Source: Octopus vulgaris (lineage: Eukaryota). Taken from it: DNA of 64,000 bases. This document shows, piece by piece, positions 10,135 through 22,523 of the stretch. Each line of letters begins with the position of its first letter. The first letter of the stretch is position 1. The position numbers and the translations under genes are program-made. The stretch lies in NCBI GenBank assembly GCA_951406725.2, contig OX597841.1:6076001-6140000 (forward strand). The letters are read 5' to 3'. The notes under the pieces were generated by a model that was not told where the DNA came from, made no database searches, and was given only the letters and a program-made list of their open reading frames with translations.

Positions 10135-11583
10135 ATGTCGGAAGGTATCCAAAAATCATATCCTTCTGATATTTGTGATAAATCATTCTCTCAGAGTAGT
10201 CACTTAAAGACACACAAACATATTCACACAGGAGAAAAACCATTTCACTGTGATATCTGTGGTAAATCATTCTCTCAAAGTGGTAGCTTAACTGCACACA
10301 AACGTATTCACACAGGAGAGAAACCATTTCACTGTGATATTTGTGGTAAATCATTCTCTCAAAGTATTCACTTAACTATACACACACGTACTCACACAGG
10401 AGAAATACCATTTCACTGTGATATTTGTGGTAAATCCTTCTCTGCAAATGGTAATTTAACTAAACACAAACGCAGTCATACAGGGGAGAAGCCATATCAC
10501 TGTGATATTTGTGGCAAATCATTTTCCGATGGAAGCAACTTCATTATTCACAAACGTACTCATACGGGAGAGAAGCCATTTCAATGTGATATCTGTGGTA
10601 AATCATTCTCTGCAAGCAATTCGTTAACCAAACACAAACGCAGTCACACAGGAGAGAAGCCATTCCATTGTGATATCTGTGGTAAATCATTCTCCAAAAG
10701 TGGTTACTTACCAAGTCATATGTGTCTTCATACTGGAGAGAGGCCATATCACTGTGAAATCTGTGGTAAATCATTCTCTTTAAGTAGTTCCTTAGCAACG
10801 CACTTGCATATTCATACAGGAGAGAAGCCATATCATTGTGATATCTGTGGTAAATCATTCTCTACCAAGGGTAACTTTGCTAATCACAAACGTATTCATA
10901 CAAGAGAGAGACCTTATCATTGTCATATCTGTGGTAAATCATTTTCTACTCGCAGTAACTTAATTAAACACAAACGTGTTCATACAGGAGAGAAGCCATA
11001 TCACTGTGATATCTGTGATAAATCATACTCTGTGAGCAATAATTTAATTAAACACAAGCGCAGTCATACAGGAGAGAAGCCATATCACTGTGATATCTGT
11101 GGTAAAACATCACTTGATAACAGTACCTTAATTACTCACAAACGTACTCACACAGGAGAGAAGCCATTTCACTGTGATATCTGTGGTAAATCATTCTCTC
11201 AAGGCTGTAATTTAACTATGCACAAACGTACTCACACAGGAGAAATACCATATCACTGTGATATCTGTGGTAAATCATTCTCTTCAAGTGGTAATTTAAC
11301 TAAACACAAACGCAGTCATACAGGGGAGAAGCCATATCACTGTGATATTTGTGGCAAATCATTTTCTGATGGAAGCAACTTCATTATTCACAATCGTATT
11401 CATACAGGAGAGAAGCCATTTCAGTGTGATATCTGTGGCAGATCATTCTCTGCAAACTGTAATTTAACTTCTCACAAACGTATTCATACGGGAGAGAAAC
11501 CATTTTGCTGTGATTTCTGTGGTAAATCATTCTCTCAGAAAGGTCAATTAACTAAACACATATCTATCCATACAAATATGTGA
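10135..11583 (+). CDS. ZNF-B, tandem C2H2 zinc-finger protein (~17 units, first degenerate)
   Basis: 482-aa ORF; acceptor TTTCAG|ATTTACGG at 9738/9739; ends in the cluster's typical terminal finger KHISIHTNM*. Confidence 0.94.
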   Translation: MSEGIQKSYPSDICDKSFSQSSHLKTHKHIHTGEKPFHCDICGKSFSQSGSLTAHKRIHTGEKPFHCDICGKSFSQSIHLTIHTRTHTGEIPFHCDICGKSFSANGNLTKHKRSHTGEKPYHCDICGKSFSDGSNFIIHKRTHTGEKPFQCDICGKSFSASNSLTKHKRSHTGEKPFHCDICGKSFSKSGYLPSHMCLHTGERPYHCEICGKSFSLSSSLATHLHIHTGEKPYHCDICGKSFSTKGNFANHKRIHTRERPYHCHICGKSFSTRSNLIKHKRVHTGEKPYHCDICDKSYSVSNNLIKHKRSHTGEKPYHCDICGKTSLDNSTLITHKRTHTGEKPFHCDICGKSFSQGCNLTMHKRTHTGEIPYHCDICGKSFSSSGNLTKHKRSHTGEKPYHCDICGKSFSDGSNFIIHNRIHTGEKPFQCDICGRSFSANCNLTSHKRIHTGEKPFCCDFCGKSFSQKGQLTKHISIHTNM

Positions 11584-12929
11584 CTCCCTTATTTCTTTAC
11601 ATCACACAGCAACCAACATTTTGAAACCCTTTTTCCTGCTTAATCATAGATTGTCCTTGTGGACTTGACAGTAACCAATGACCCCTTGGCAACAATCATA
11701 ATCATCAGGGTTCCTATTTGAGGTATTGTTACTGATGCCAACCCTTTTCGTAACCACTTACCTGGGATACACATGGTTTACCTGGACTCTGGCTGTTTCT
11801 TAAAATTTTATCGATGAAATAATTTGTATAACCATATACAAAGACTGAAGATAACCTTCTTTAGAGTAACTGGGTTTTTGTGAAAGAGCGTTTGTACATC
11901 TCTGTAGTCAACATGTTTAGCCATCCCTGTACCTACCTGTGGTGTACTCAGCCTCTTACACGTTAATTTCAAAAGGGAGCTGTTCTGTTGGCCGGATCAA
12001 CAGAAACCCCCTTTTCGTTGTGTGTGTACGTACAAGCATGCATATTTGTTTCTACATATTTTTACACACATACATACACATTGAACAAAAGAGTAAGTCT
12101 AGAGATATTCCAGTGATCTGTCGAACAAGCTTCCTTTTAGTTTCCATTAATCTATGAATATACAATTGTATTGGATAATGCTGAGCAGAAATATTAATAG
12201 AAACACGAACACAATTTCTTGCATACTGAAAATATATCCTCCATGAAGAAGATTGTGAAATCATGTGGAAGTGACGTGGTTAAATAAATATGTCTTCAAC
12301 ACTGAAACTTGCTGACTTGGTTTTTATATGTACCTAAATATGTATGTTTGATTGCTTCTCGTTTATTAATTGCATCCAAGGTCTTTGTTGATGCTGGGCT
12401 TTGATCTTTGTTTGCTTGTTTATTTCAGCTTGCTTCTTATTCCTCTGTGTCAATTTGCTTCTGATGAAGCAATTAGATGAACAAAGCTGCTCTTTGTGTT
12501 TCTCTAGGCTGTGGGTTCGTTTAGTATCTCAGATAAAAAGTTGAATACATCGTTAGAGCACATCCAACCCTACGCTTAATAAATCTTTCTGGTTTTGTGT
12601 CGAGATATTGAAAAGCTGTGGGCCCTGGAAACCCTAAACCGTTGTAGTATTGGATTCTTACCCAAGATGGAAAGTCCAAGGTGTTTGGTACGATGTAGTG
12701 GCGTTCAGTCCAGGTGTTACTATAGGTTTCATTACCAAATTTAGGGGTTGACCCTCCTGAATCTTCCCTACATTCAGACATACATTCGAAATATATTCAT
12801 ACATATCCATATATCTATATATATGGATATACAGATCCACAGGGGAATGAGAGGAGGGAAAAACGCAAGCATAAGAGAGAGAGGTTAATGTATTTACCTA
12901 ATTTTATAATAAGAAGTTCCAGGACTTGC

Positions 12930-13370
12930 TTTATACCAATGTGACAATAAAAACTAGAACATCTCTAGACAATGGCCAACGAGGAAGGATCAATAGCAAC
13001 ATTGTGAAGACTATAAATCTAGCATTCAGTTCGCTACAACTAGACAAGGGACAATGGCCGACAGGCCTTCCCATGGCACTATCAGCCATGAAAGGACTCC
13101 CTTCTGTACAGCTACCAACAAGACCCGTCATGAGTGAATGTTAAAATTTACAAGGTCATACACAGTGGGGACCATTCTAGCTGAATTCCTCCAGAATACT
13201 AAAGTACAATACTGCATCATCATATCTCAGAGATAAGGGGGATCCACTTGCAGAAAACGTTAAATTGTTGCAGATGGTTTCTCCCCGCTTTGCAAGCATA
13301 CAATTTGGTAACAGACGAATAGATACAGTGTCAACACACAGTCTTGCTGCAGCAGGACAATCTTTCAATC
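12930..13370. mobile_element. Possible degenerate LTR-retrotransposon fragments
   Basis: Plus-strand GQRGRINSNI...WPTGLPMAL.A resembles an integrase C-terminal core; minus-strand KDCPA....C resembles a gag knuckle. Weak. Confidence 0.35.
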
Positions 13371-13375
13371 AAGGA

Positions 13376-13675
13376 GGATCTTTTCGCTTTGACCGGCAGA
13401 TTTTTTAAATAATTTCTTTGTAACTAAAAAAATTTTAAACTTCGTATACTGGTAGAATGTGTTTATAAAACATCTTTTTCTCTTGGCTTTATTGAGAAAA
13501 TTCTATAGTTTGTAAGATATTTGTTGTTTTTTTCTGCAATAGCAACCAATCAATGACGTCTATTGAGGTGAAAACATTCTGTGCCGTATAAATATGTCCC
13601 AGTATACGAAGTTTAAAATTTTTTAGTTACGTGAAAATTATTTTAAAAAACTGCCGTTCAAACAGAAAAGACCCC
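13376..13675. mobile_element. GGATCTTTTC-ended MITE, internally deleted copy
   Basis: GGATCTTTTCGCTTTGACCGGCAG ... CTGCCGTTCAAACAGAAAAGACCC inverted ends. Confidence 0.75.
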
Positions 13676-13744
13676 AAAATACTATTATATTTCATTTTCT
13701 TTTTTTTTTTCAATCTTTTATTTTTATACTTTTTTGCTTTACTT

Positions 13745-13898
13745 TACTAGAGAGCAGAGACTATGGTTGTGTCCCTTGGGTCTCTTTACTTCCGTTTCCG
13801 TTGCAAGAACAACATAAACGTGTTTTGTATCTTTTGATGGAAATTTGGTAAAATCGAATCTGTTTTCGCACTAAATATTAATTTGTATATTATAACAG
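13745..13898 (+). promoter_or_regulatory. Putative promoter and non-coding exon 1 of ZNF-C (type 1)
   Basis: Donor ACAG|GTAAGA at 13898/13899; tandem CTTCCG/TTTCCG (ETS-like); homologous to 4278-4445. Confidence 0.65.
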
Positions 13899-13974
13899 GT
13901 AAGATATAGAGGTGGAGGTAAAGAATACGCACATCACCCGTTTTCGGCGTAACCTTTGACCTTCGCCAGATATA

Positions 13975-14378
13975 TTCTCTTTTCTCTCTTTTACTTGTTT
14001 CAGTCATTTGACTGCGGCCATGCTGGAGCACCGCCTTTAGTCGAGCAAATCGACCCCGGGACTTATTCTTTTGTAAGCCCAGTACTTATTCCATCGGTCT
14101 CTTTTGCCGAATCGCTAAGTAACGGGGACATAAACACACCAGCATCGGTTGTCAAGCAATGCTAGGGGAACAAACACAGACACACACACCTATATATATA
14201 TATATATATATACGACAGGCTTCTTTCAGTTTCCGTCTACCAAATTCCACTCACAAGGCATTGGTCGGCCGGAGGCTATAGTAGAAGACACTTGCCCAAG
14301 GTGCCACGCAGGGGGACTGAACCCGGAACCATGTGGTTGGTAAGCAAGCTACTTACCACACAGCCACTCTTACGCCAT
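13975..14378 (-). mobile_element. SINE family 1, full length
   Basis: Same head, core and tail as 6013-6400. Confidence 0.85.
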
Positions 14379-14379
14379 A

Positions 14380-14418
<39 letters not shown>

Positions 14419-14779
14419 CTATATCTATCTATATACACAGTAGCGGACCTCTTATCCGGCTTCTAGAAATCCCGGAATACTCGGCAGTAATATGTATTAT
14501 ACACGTGCAATTTCATCATTTCTTTAGTCGTAACCGACAGGAAAAATCCGAATAGCAGGAGACTCAACCAGAATATATTCTGGTATGGAGTTCCCTTTTT
14601 TGCGCCTCCCCACTCTATACCTTTCAAATATTCCCCCTCAGTACTTTTTTTTATTTGACATAACTAGAGACCTGTACCCGCCCCCGGGTTTGTTGCCTCA
14701 TAATTTCCAGAAAAATGGATACTTTTTAACGAAATTTCCAACAAATAACGCTTAGATTGTGTGGATTCAGAGTATGTAC

Positions 14780-15403
14780 TCTCTTTTCCTTGTTTTCAGT
14801 CATGTGACTGTGGCCATGCTGGAGCACCGCCTTTAGCCGAGCAAATCGACCCCAGGACTTATTTCTTTGTAAGCCTAGTACTTATTCTGTCGGTCTCTTT
14901 TGCCGAACTGCTAAGTTACAGGGACGTAAACACACGAGCATCGGTTGTCAAGCCTTGTTGGGGGGGGGGTCAAACACAACACACAAACATATAGCTGGTA
15001 GAAACGTTAGCACGCCGGGCGAAATTCGTAGCCGTATTTCGTCTGTCGTTACGTTCCGAGTTCAAATTCCGCCGAGGTCGACTTTGCCTTTCATCCTTTC
15101 GGGGTCGATAAATTAAGTACCAGTTACGCACTGGGGTCGATGTAGTCGACTTAATCCCTTTGTCTGTCCTTGTTTGTCCCCTCTGTGTTTAGCCCCTTGT
15201 GGGTAGTAAAGAAATATATATATATATATACATATATACGACGAGCTTCTTTTAGTTTCCGTCTACCAAATCCACTCACAAGGCTTTGGTCGGCCCGAGG
15301 CTATAACAGAAGACACTTGCCCAAGGTGCCACGCAGTGGGACTGAACCTGGAACCATGTGGTTGGTAAGCAAGCTACTTACCACACAGCCACTCCTACGC
15401 CTA
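14780..15403 (-). mobile_element. SINE family 1 with a family-2 SINE (+ strand, 14993-15213) nested in its microsatellite
   Basis: Family-1 tail 14780-14990 and head 15215-15403 flank GCTGGTAGAAACGTTAGC...GGGTAGTAAAGAAATA. Confidence 0.8.
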
Positions 15404-15865
15404 TATAGGGATTTATAGGAAAGAATTTAAAAACTTTTTTCATAATATGATCTCCCCCCTACCCGTTATTTTGAACATTTCCATTTTGATCTCTCCTCTC
15501 TATCTAAATACTGTTTCTTTATTATTTCAGATTTACAGATGACATTGGCACCAAACGACTTCTGTACATTGGAGACATCTGGAATATTTATCAGTTTTTT
15601 AAAAAACTAAAGGAAAACTTTTTAGAGAACAGACATAATAACCCAACTGCTATAAATCTGGGATTGAATTACTGTGAAATATTTGCCCTGAGTGAAGATT
15701 CATAGCAACATTTGCCCATCTCGTTATCTGGGGCTTTTGCATTCTAATTGAACTTGTATATCTTTGCAAAGGTTTTGACAGCATCTTTAGATATCAGTGA
15801 AGATCAAGGTTGATACCAGTGAGAAAAGAAAGATAAGGAAAACTTTAATACTGTGGGAAACTTCA

Positions 15866-16915
15866 ATGAGTGGGTCTAAAGGAATGTCGGATGAAGCAGA
15901 AAAGTCATTATATCATTGTGACACTTGTGATAAATCATTCTCTGAAAAATGTAACTTAAATATTCACAAATGTATACATACCAGGGAAAAGCCTTTTCAT
16001 TGCAATATCTGTGGTAAATCATACTCACAAAAAATTAACCTAACTACTCACAAACGTATTCATACAGGAGAGAAACCATATCACTGTGATATCTGTGGTA
16101 AATCATTCTCTCGAAATGATAGTTTAGAATATCACAAGCGTACCCATACAGGAGAGAAGCCATATCACTGTGATATCTGCGGTAAATCATTCTCTGTAAA
16201 CTGTGCCTTAACATCTCACAGACGTATTCATACTGGAGAGAAACCATTTCACTGTGATTTCTGTGGTAAATCATTCTCTGTTAAATTTTCCTTAACATCT
16301 CACAGACGTATTCATACAGGAGAGAAGCCATATCAGTGTGATTTCTGTGGTACCTCATTCTCTGATGGCAGTCACTTAAGTAGACACAAACGTATTCACA
16401 CAGGAGAGAAATCATATCACTGTGACATTTGTGGTAAATCATTCACTCAAATTGATTACTTAACTATGCACAAACGTACTCATACAGGAGTGAAACCATA
16501 TGACTGTGCTATCTGTGGTAAATCATTCTCTGTTAAATTTTCCTTAACATCTCACAGACGTATTCATACTGGAGAGAAACCATATCACTGTGATGTCTGT
16601 GGTAAATCATTCTCTGTAAACTGTGCCTTAACATCTCACAGACGTATTCATACTGGAGAGAAACCATTTCACTGTGATGTCTGTGGTAAATCATTCTCTG
16701 TAAACTGTGCCTTAACATCTCACAGACGTATTCATACAGGAGAGAAACCATATCACTGTGATGTCTGTGGTAAATCATTCTCTGTCAGTTGTGCCTTAAC
16801 AACTCATAAACGTGTCCATACAGGAGAGAAACCATTTCACTGTGATATGTGTGGTCAGTCATTCGCTCAAAAAGGTCACTTAAATAAACATGTATCAGTC
16901 CATACAAAAGTATAA
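15866..16915 (+). CDS. ZNF-C, tandem C2H2 protein (12 fingers)
   Basis: The ORF-track start is GTG; first ATG at 15866 (the ATG at 15884 is homologous to the A/B start). Acceptor at 15530/15531; terminal KHVSVHTKV*. Confidence 0.92.
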   Translation: MSGSKGMSDEAEKSLYHCDTCDKSFSEKCNLNIHKCIHTREKPFHCNICGKSYSQKINLTTHKRIHTGEKPYHCDICGKSFSRNDSLEYHKRTHTGEKPYHCDICGKSFSVNCALTSHRRIHTGEKPFHCDFCGKSFSVKFSLTSHRRIHTGEKPYQCDFCGTSFSDGSHLSRHKRIHTGEKSYHCDICGKSFTQIDYLTMHKRTHTGVKPYDCAICGKSFSVKFSLTSHRRIHTGEKPYHCDVCGKSFSVNCALTSHRRIHTGEKPFHCDVCGKSFSVNCALTSHRRIHTGEKPYHCDVCGKSFSVSCALTTHKRVHTGEKPFHCDMCGQSFAQKGHLNKHVSVHTKV

Positions 16916-16930
16916 CACAAAAAAAACCAT

Positions 16931-17318
16931 AGGCGCAGGAGTGGCTGTGTGGTAAGTAGCTTGCTAACCAACCACATGGTTCCGGGTTCAGTCCCACTGC
17001 GTGGCATCTTGGGCAAGTGTCTTCTGCTATAGCCTCCGGCCGACCAATGCCTTGTGAGTGGATTTGGTAGACGGAAACTGAAAGATGCCTGTCGTATATA
17101 TATGTATATATATATGTGTGTGTGTGTGTTTGTCCCCCTAGCATCGCTTGACAACCGATGCTGGTGTGTTTACGTCCCCGTCACTTAGCGATTCGGCAAA
17201 AGAGACCGATAGAATAAGTACTGGGCTTACAAAGAATAAGTCCCGGGGTCGATTTGCTCGACTAAAGGCGGTGCTCCAGCATGGCCACAGTCAAATGACT
17301 GAAACAAGTAAAAGAGAA
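16931..17318 (+). mobile_element. SINE family 1 in the ZNF-C 3' UTR
   Basis: Complete head-to-tail match to family 1. Confidence 0.85.
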
Positions 17319-17467
17319 GGAGAGAGTACGAAAATTTAAAGACCGTTTTCTATACCTAAGTATAGTTATGTTGAAGTTGATCTGATAGGTATTTAATCCA
17401 CAAAATCCTGGGTCGCTATTTTTCACCAGGGTTTTTGTAGGTTCTTTACATTGTATGTGTGTGTATA

Positions 17468-17735
17468 TCACATGATCACCGTGACCGACCAGACCATCAG
17501 ATGTTTTTACACATCGCTGGTCACAATGCGTTCGCATTGTTTTAGCCTGGCTAAGTGAGCAGGCCAACAGAAGAAAGATTGAGAGAAAGTTGTGGCGAAA
17601 GAGTACAGCAGGGATCACCCCCCCCCTGCCGGAGCCTCGTTGAGCTTTTTAGGTGTTTTTGTTCAATAAACACTCACAACGCCCGATCTGGGAATCGAAC
17701 CCGCGATCCTACAACCACTGGGCCATTGTACCTCC
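17468..17735 (-). mobile_element. tRNA-derived SINE family 3 variant
   Basis: AATGGCCCAGTGGTT..GGTTCGATTCCCAGA head, CCCTGCTGTACTCTTTC body; same variant at 28305-28595. Confidence 0.7.
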
Positions 17736-17737
17736 AC

Positions 17738-17760
17738 ATGTATATATATATATATATGTG

Positions 17761-17803
<43 letters not shown>

Positions 17804-18028
17804 ATATGTATATATATATGTGTGTACATGTATATATATATGTGTGTATATGTATATATGTATATGTATATATGTATGTATATATGTATGTATATATATA
17901 TATGTATGTGTATATATATGTATGTGTATATGTATATATATATATGTATATATATATATGTGTGTATATATATATGTATATATATATGTGTATATATATA
18001 TATGTATATATATATATGTATGTGTATG

Positions 18029-18065
<37 letters not shown>

Positions 18066-18082
18066 ATATATAAATATGTATA
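17738..18082. repeat. Compound (TA/TG)n microsatellite
   Basis: Directly visible. Confidence 0.95.
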
Positions 18083-18652
18083 AAGAGAGAGAGCAATTGC
18101 AGCTTCGAAGATATTTTGTTAGCCTTTCAAAGAAAACAAGAAACCTGTCAGATTCACTTCAACATTTAATTTTCAAAAACAATTGCAGAGCAGAAGATGT
18201 TAGTAAGCCATTTAAGAACATACAAAAAGCCATTAGATTCACTTCAACATTTAAATTTAATTTGTCTTAAAATATTTTCATCACTCTCAAACCGCGACAT
18301 GTTCACTGACACAATTTCCTGAACTCATGGCAGTAACTCTACCCCTTGTTGTCCTTTGTTTTGGGTGTTGTTTTATAACCAGATGCCCTTCCTGATGCCA
18401 ACTCTGCTTGTACCTACTTACCTCTCGGATACACATTTTACCTGGACACATGCTGTTTATGAAAATTTATTCTATGTAAAAATATCTTGTACACCCATAA
18501 ATTCATTCCCCGTGGGAAAGAAGATACGATCAGTGTGATAACAAGCTGCTGTCACGATATTTTTATATCACCAGTTATATCAACATTGGTGAGATAACAT
18601 ATTGTAATATTTTGAATAAAACTCAGTCTCATAAATATTCAGTATAACATGT

Positions 18653-19169
18653 GGATCTTTTCCTTTTGGTAGACAGATTTCAACACAATTTCTAGTTAAC
18701 TAAACAATTTGAAACTTCATATACTGGTAGAATCGTCAATATTTTTATTGGGCGACGAAATTCTTCGATTTAAGAGATATGGCTGTTATTTCTAGCACAT
18801 GCCAACACAACCCTCCTCGTTTGTTTATCAATATCGATAACGCAGCAAATAATTTCAGCTCAAAAGAGAGCATAGGATTGGTTAAAATTCGAAAAATTAA
18901 TCTACGTTAAACAAACGAATTACAAATTTATCAAAAAAGCCAAGTGAAAATAATGTTTTCTTATACACACATATATATATATATATACATACACACATAT
19001 ATATATACACACATATATATATATATAACACATATATATATATACATATATATATATATATTCATATACATATATATATATACATATACATATATATATA
19101 TACGAAGTTTTAAAGTGTTTAGTTAACTAGAAATTGTGTTGAATTCTGTCTATCAAAAGGAAAAGATCC
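18653..19169. mobile_element. MITE with GG-starting ~60-bp TIRs and 8-bp TSD
   Basis: GGATCTTTTCCTTTTGGTAGACAGA / TCTGTCTATCAAAAGGAAAAGATCC; flanks TAACATGT / TAACATAT. Confidence 0.8.
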
Positions 19170-19359
19170 TAACATATTTCTCAAAAGCGGGAAAGATATT
19201 GTTGATATATTTTGTATATATCCAAAGGCAGCAAGATGGCAGAAATGACCTCGGCAGAATTTGAACTCAGAACGTAACGGCAGACGAAATACGGTTATGC
19301 ATTTCGCCCGGTGTGCTAACGTTTCTGCCAGCTCGCCACCTTTTTAATTTTTTTTTTTG

Positions 19360-19745
19360 GAAGCACTCCGTCGGTTACGACGACGAGGGTTCCGGTTGAT
19401 CCGAATCAACGGAACAGCATGCTCGTGAAATTAACGTGTAAGTGGCTGAGCACTCCACAGACACGTGCACCCTTAACGTAGTTCTCGGGGATATTCAGCG
19501 TGACACAGAGAGTGACAAGGCCGGCCCTTTGAAATACAGGTACAACAGAAACAGGAAGTAAGAGTGAGAGAGAAAGTTGTGGTGAAAGAGTACAGCAGGG
19601 ATCACCACCATCCCCTGCCGGAGCCTCGTGGAGCTTTTAGGTGTTTTCGCTCAATAAACACTCACAACGCCCGGTCTGGGAATCGAAACCGCTATCCTAC
19701 GACCGCAAGTCCGCTGCCCTAACCACTGGCCCATTGCGCTTCCGC
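19360..19745 (-). mobile_element. SINE family 3, full length
   Basis: Reverse complement of the 53331-53720 and 60439-60813 copies. Confidence 0.85.
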
Positions 19746-20549
19746 ACCTTTTTTATTACCTGCATACTGAGTAAAATCTCCCAGATGATACTGATGGCCT
19801 ATCTTCATTTATTACAAACTAACACCTTATTCTTGGCTTCATTCATTTTGAGGCCTTTCAGTTCTAGATTTTTCTTCTGCTACATATGGGGGCGACCCCT
19901 GTTGTACTCTTTCGCTCCAACTTTCTTCCTGTTTCTTGTCCCCGACTTCCTAAGCAACTGCTGAGCCTGGATACGCATTCATCCATCCGTCGATGCTCTC
20001 GGTGTCGGGGGTTGACCTGCTTTCTCTTCTGCGGGTCCTACGAATAGCAAAGGACCATGTTTCAGACATCTCCCACCAAGGGACGAAGACTGCTTCGCTC
20101 AACAAACAATGCTCACCTTCCCTAAACAACCTCTGTTAGGGTTGTGCATTCTTCCTAAGGTAACATTTCTAAGTACCTGATTATTAGTGTATATCAGTTT
20201 CTATGGGTAAGTCAATCTGGAATTCTTCTATGATGGCCTGCAAGACTGATAAATGGGAGGGAACTGAGAACTGAGCCTTCTTGGAATTCTACATTTATAC
20301 TAAATTCTATCATGTTTGTTGGTCAGAATGAAATTTATCTGATGTTTGTGTTCACCAGATTGGTAGAAATCATGTGTCTGGCTGGTATTTTTTAACCCTT
20401 TAGATACCAACCCGCATGAAACTGCTCTTGTTCCTATGATACAAACTTCCAATTTTAAAGTAATCTAAATTAAAAATGTCCAGATGCAGTTGGTTTGGCT
20501 GCCAAGATTTCAAAAATTGAAGTTTACTAAGAATTTAAAAATGTTGCAC

Positions 20550-21014
20550 AATCCATGCTAGCGGGGTGCAAAGAGCACCATACGAGTGTGATTGCTGACA
20601 GAGCGGCTAACCGGCATCCATGCCAGTGGCACTTAAAAGGGCACCCTTCGAATGTGATTGTTACCAGTGTCGCCTTACTGGCACTTGTGCCCATGCTAGT
20701 AGAACGCCAAGAGCACCATCCGAGCGTGATCGTTGCCATCTGGCTTCTGTGCCAGTGCCATGTAAAAGGGCACCATTTGAGTGTGATCGTTAGCAACGTC
20801 ACCTTACTGGCACGTGTAAAAAGATTCAAGCGAAGTCATTGCCAGTACCGCCTGACTGGCGCACGTAAAAAGCACCCACTACACTCTCGGAGTGGTTGGC
20901 GTTAGGAAGGGCATCCAGCTGTAGAAATTCTGCCAGATCAAGATTGGGGCCTGGTGCAGCCATCTGGTTCGTTAGCCCTCAGTCAAGCGGGCGTTAAACG
21001 ATGATGATGATGAT
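20550..21014 (+). mobile_element. (GAT)n-tailed retroposon with heterogeneous 5' modules
   Basis: About five divergent AAGNGCACCAT.CGAG.GTGATCGTT modules, then the constant body and GTTAAACGATGATG tail. Confidence 0.8.
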
Positions 21015-21371
21015 TCTGAATATACTTTTCCAAGCTGAATTACTGAAGTTATTTCACTTTTTCCAGAAAAATGTTTTCAAAAAGTTATAGAGGTTTAAAG
21101 TTTGATCATTTTCACCCAGTCGGGAAATAGGACAAGAAACTGTCATTTTGTGTGTGTCTGCACATTTTGTCAGCATCCTAAAAATAGCATGTGTTGTTGA
21201 TATTTGTAAGCAATATGCAATCTGTAGTTTGAATCCTTCAATATGCATTTAATGAAATAGCATGAACTTAAAAAGATTTATTCAAAAAACTTTATTTGGC
21301 TGTTATTTTTAGCACACCTTACAACCACCTCAATGATGAAAAGTAAACAAGTAGTTTTAAATATTCAATAT

Positions 21372-21752
21372 GCGCAGGAGTGGCTGTGCGGTAAGTAGCT
21401 TGCTTACCAACCACATGGTTCCGGGTTCAGTCCCACTGTGTGGCCACCTTGGGCAAGTGTGTTCTACTATAGCCCCGGGCCGACCAAAGCTTTGTGAGTG
21501 GATTTGGTAGACGGAAACTGAAAGAAGCCCGTCGTATATATGTGTGTTTGTGTGTGTCTGTGTTTGTACCCCCAACATCGCTTGACAACCGATAGTGGTG
21601 TGTTTATGTCCCCGTAACTTAGCGGTTCGGCAAAAGAGATCGATAGATTAAGTACTAGGCTTACAAAGAATAAGTCCTGGGGTCGATTTGTTCGACTAAA
21701 GGCGGTGCTCCAGCATGGCCACAGTCACATGATCGAAACAAGTAAAGAGAGT
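21372..21752 (+). mobile_element. SINE family 1
   Basis: Complete match to family 1. Confidence 0.85.
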
Positions 21753-21989
21753 ATGCATTTAATGCAAATGCAATGAACAATACGTTACATGTGATGAAGA
21801 CATTAGAATTGGAAATCCAGAAAGATAATCCATGAATTGACAGAACGAAATCTTCTGATAATGTTAGTTGTTGTTTGTTGTAGAGAAATTTGACAACGAA
21901 ACAGTTACACTTGTATATGGATAGATACATGTCTACTGAAATGGGAGTTTTGGGGAGAATGGTTTATTCCTGTACGAAATAGCAGATGT

Positions 21990-22447
21990 GGTACCTGTGC
22001 CGGTGGCACGTAAGAGAACCATCCGAACGTGGCCGTTGCCAGCACCGCCCCGACTGGCCTCGTGCCAGTGGCACGTAAAAAGCATCATCCATTCGTGGCT
22101 GTTGCCAGCCTCGCCTGGCCCCCATGCTGGTGGTACGTAAAAAGCACCATCCAATCGTGGCCGTTTGCCAGCCTCGCCTGGCCCCCATGCCGGTGGCACG
22201 TAAAAAGCACCATCCAATCGTGGCCGTTTGCCAGCCTCATCTGGCACCTGTGCCGCTGGCACATAAAAAGCACCCACTACACTCACGGAGTGGTTGGCGT
22301 TAGGAAGGGCATCCAGCCGTAGAAACATTGCCAGATCTGACTGGGCCTGGTGCAGCCCTCTGGCTTCCCAGACCCCAGTTGCACCGTCCAACCCATGCTA
22401 GCATGGAAAGCGGACGATAAACGATGATGATGATGATTATGATGATG
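21990..22447 (+). mobile_element. (GAT)n-tailed retroposon with ~4 modules, inserted in the relic fingers of ZNF-D
   Basis: GTAAAAAGCAC at ~63-bp spacing; finger-like sequence on both flanks. Confidence 0.8.
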
Positions 22448-22523
22448 AATATAATTGTCAAGTTAATTCAGAACCATGAGAGAATGCTTTGCTATAGACA
22501 TCACAGAGATATGGTTTCTCTCC

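Noticed and set aside
12521-12781. 86-aa ORF of ordinary composition
   Set aside because: No recognisable motif or splice context; adjacent to probable retroelement debris.
17555-18270. Y/I/M/C-rich ORFs (also 48508-49464, 43775-44272, 54015-54411)
   Set aside because: Translations of microsatellites.
20550-20880. Conserved scaffold with variable inserts resembling a CRISPR array
   Set aside because: Eukaryotic context, no cas genes, repeats degenerate and inserts related to each other; part of a retroposon.
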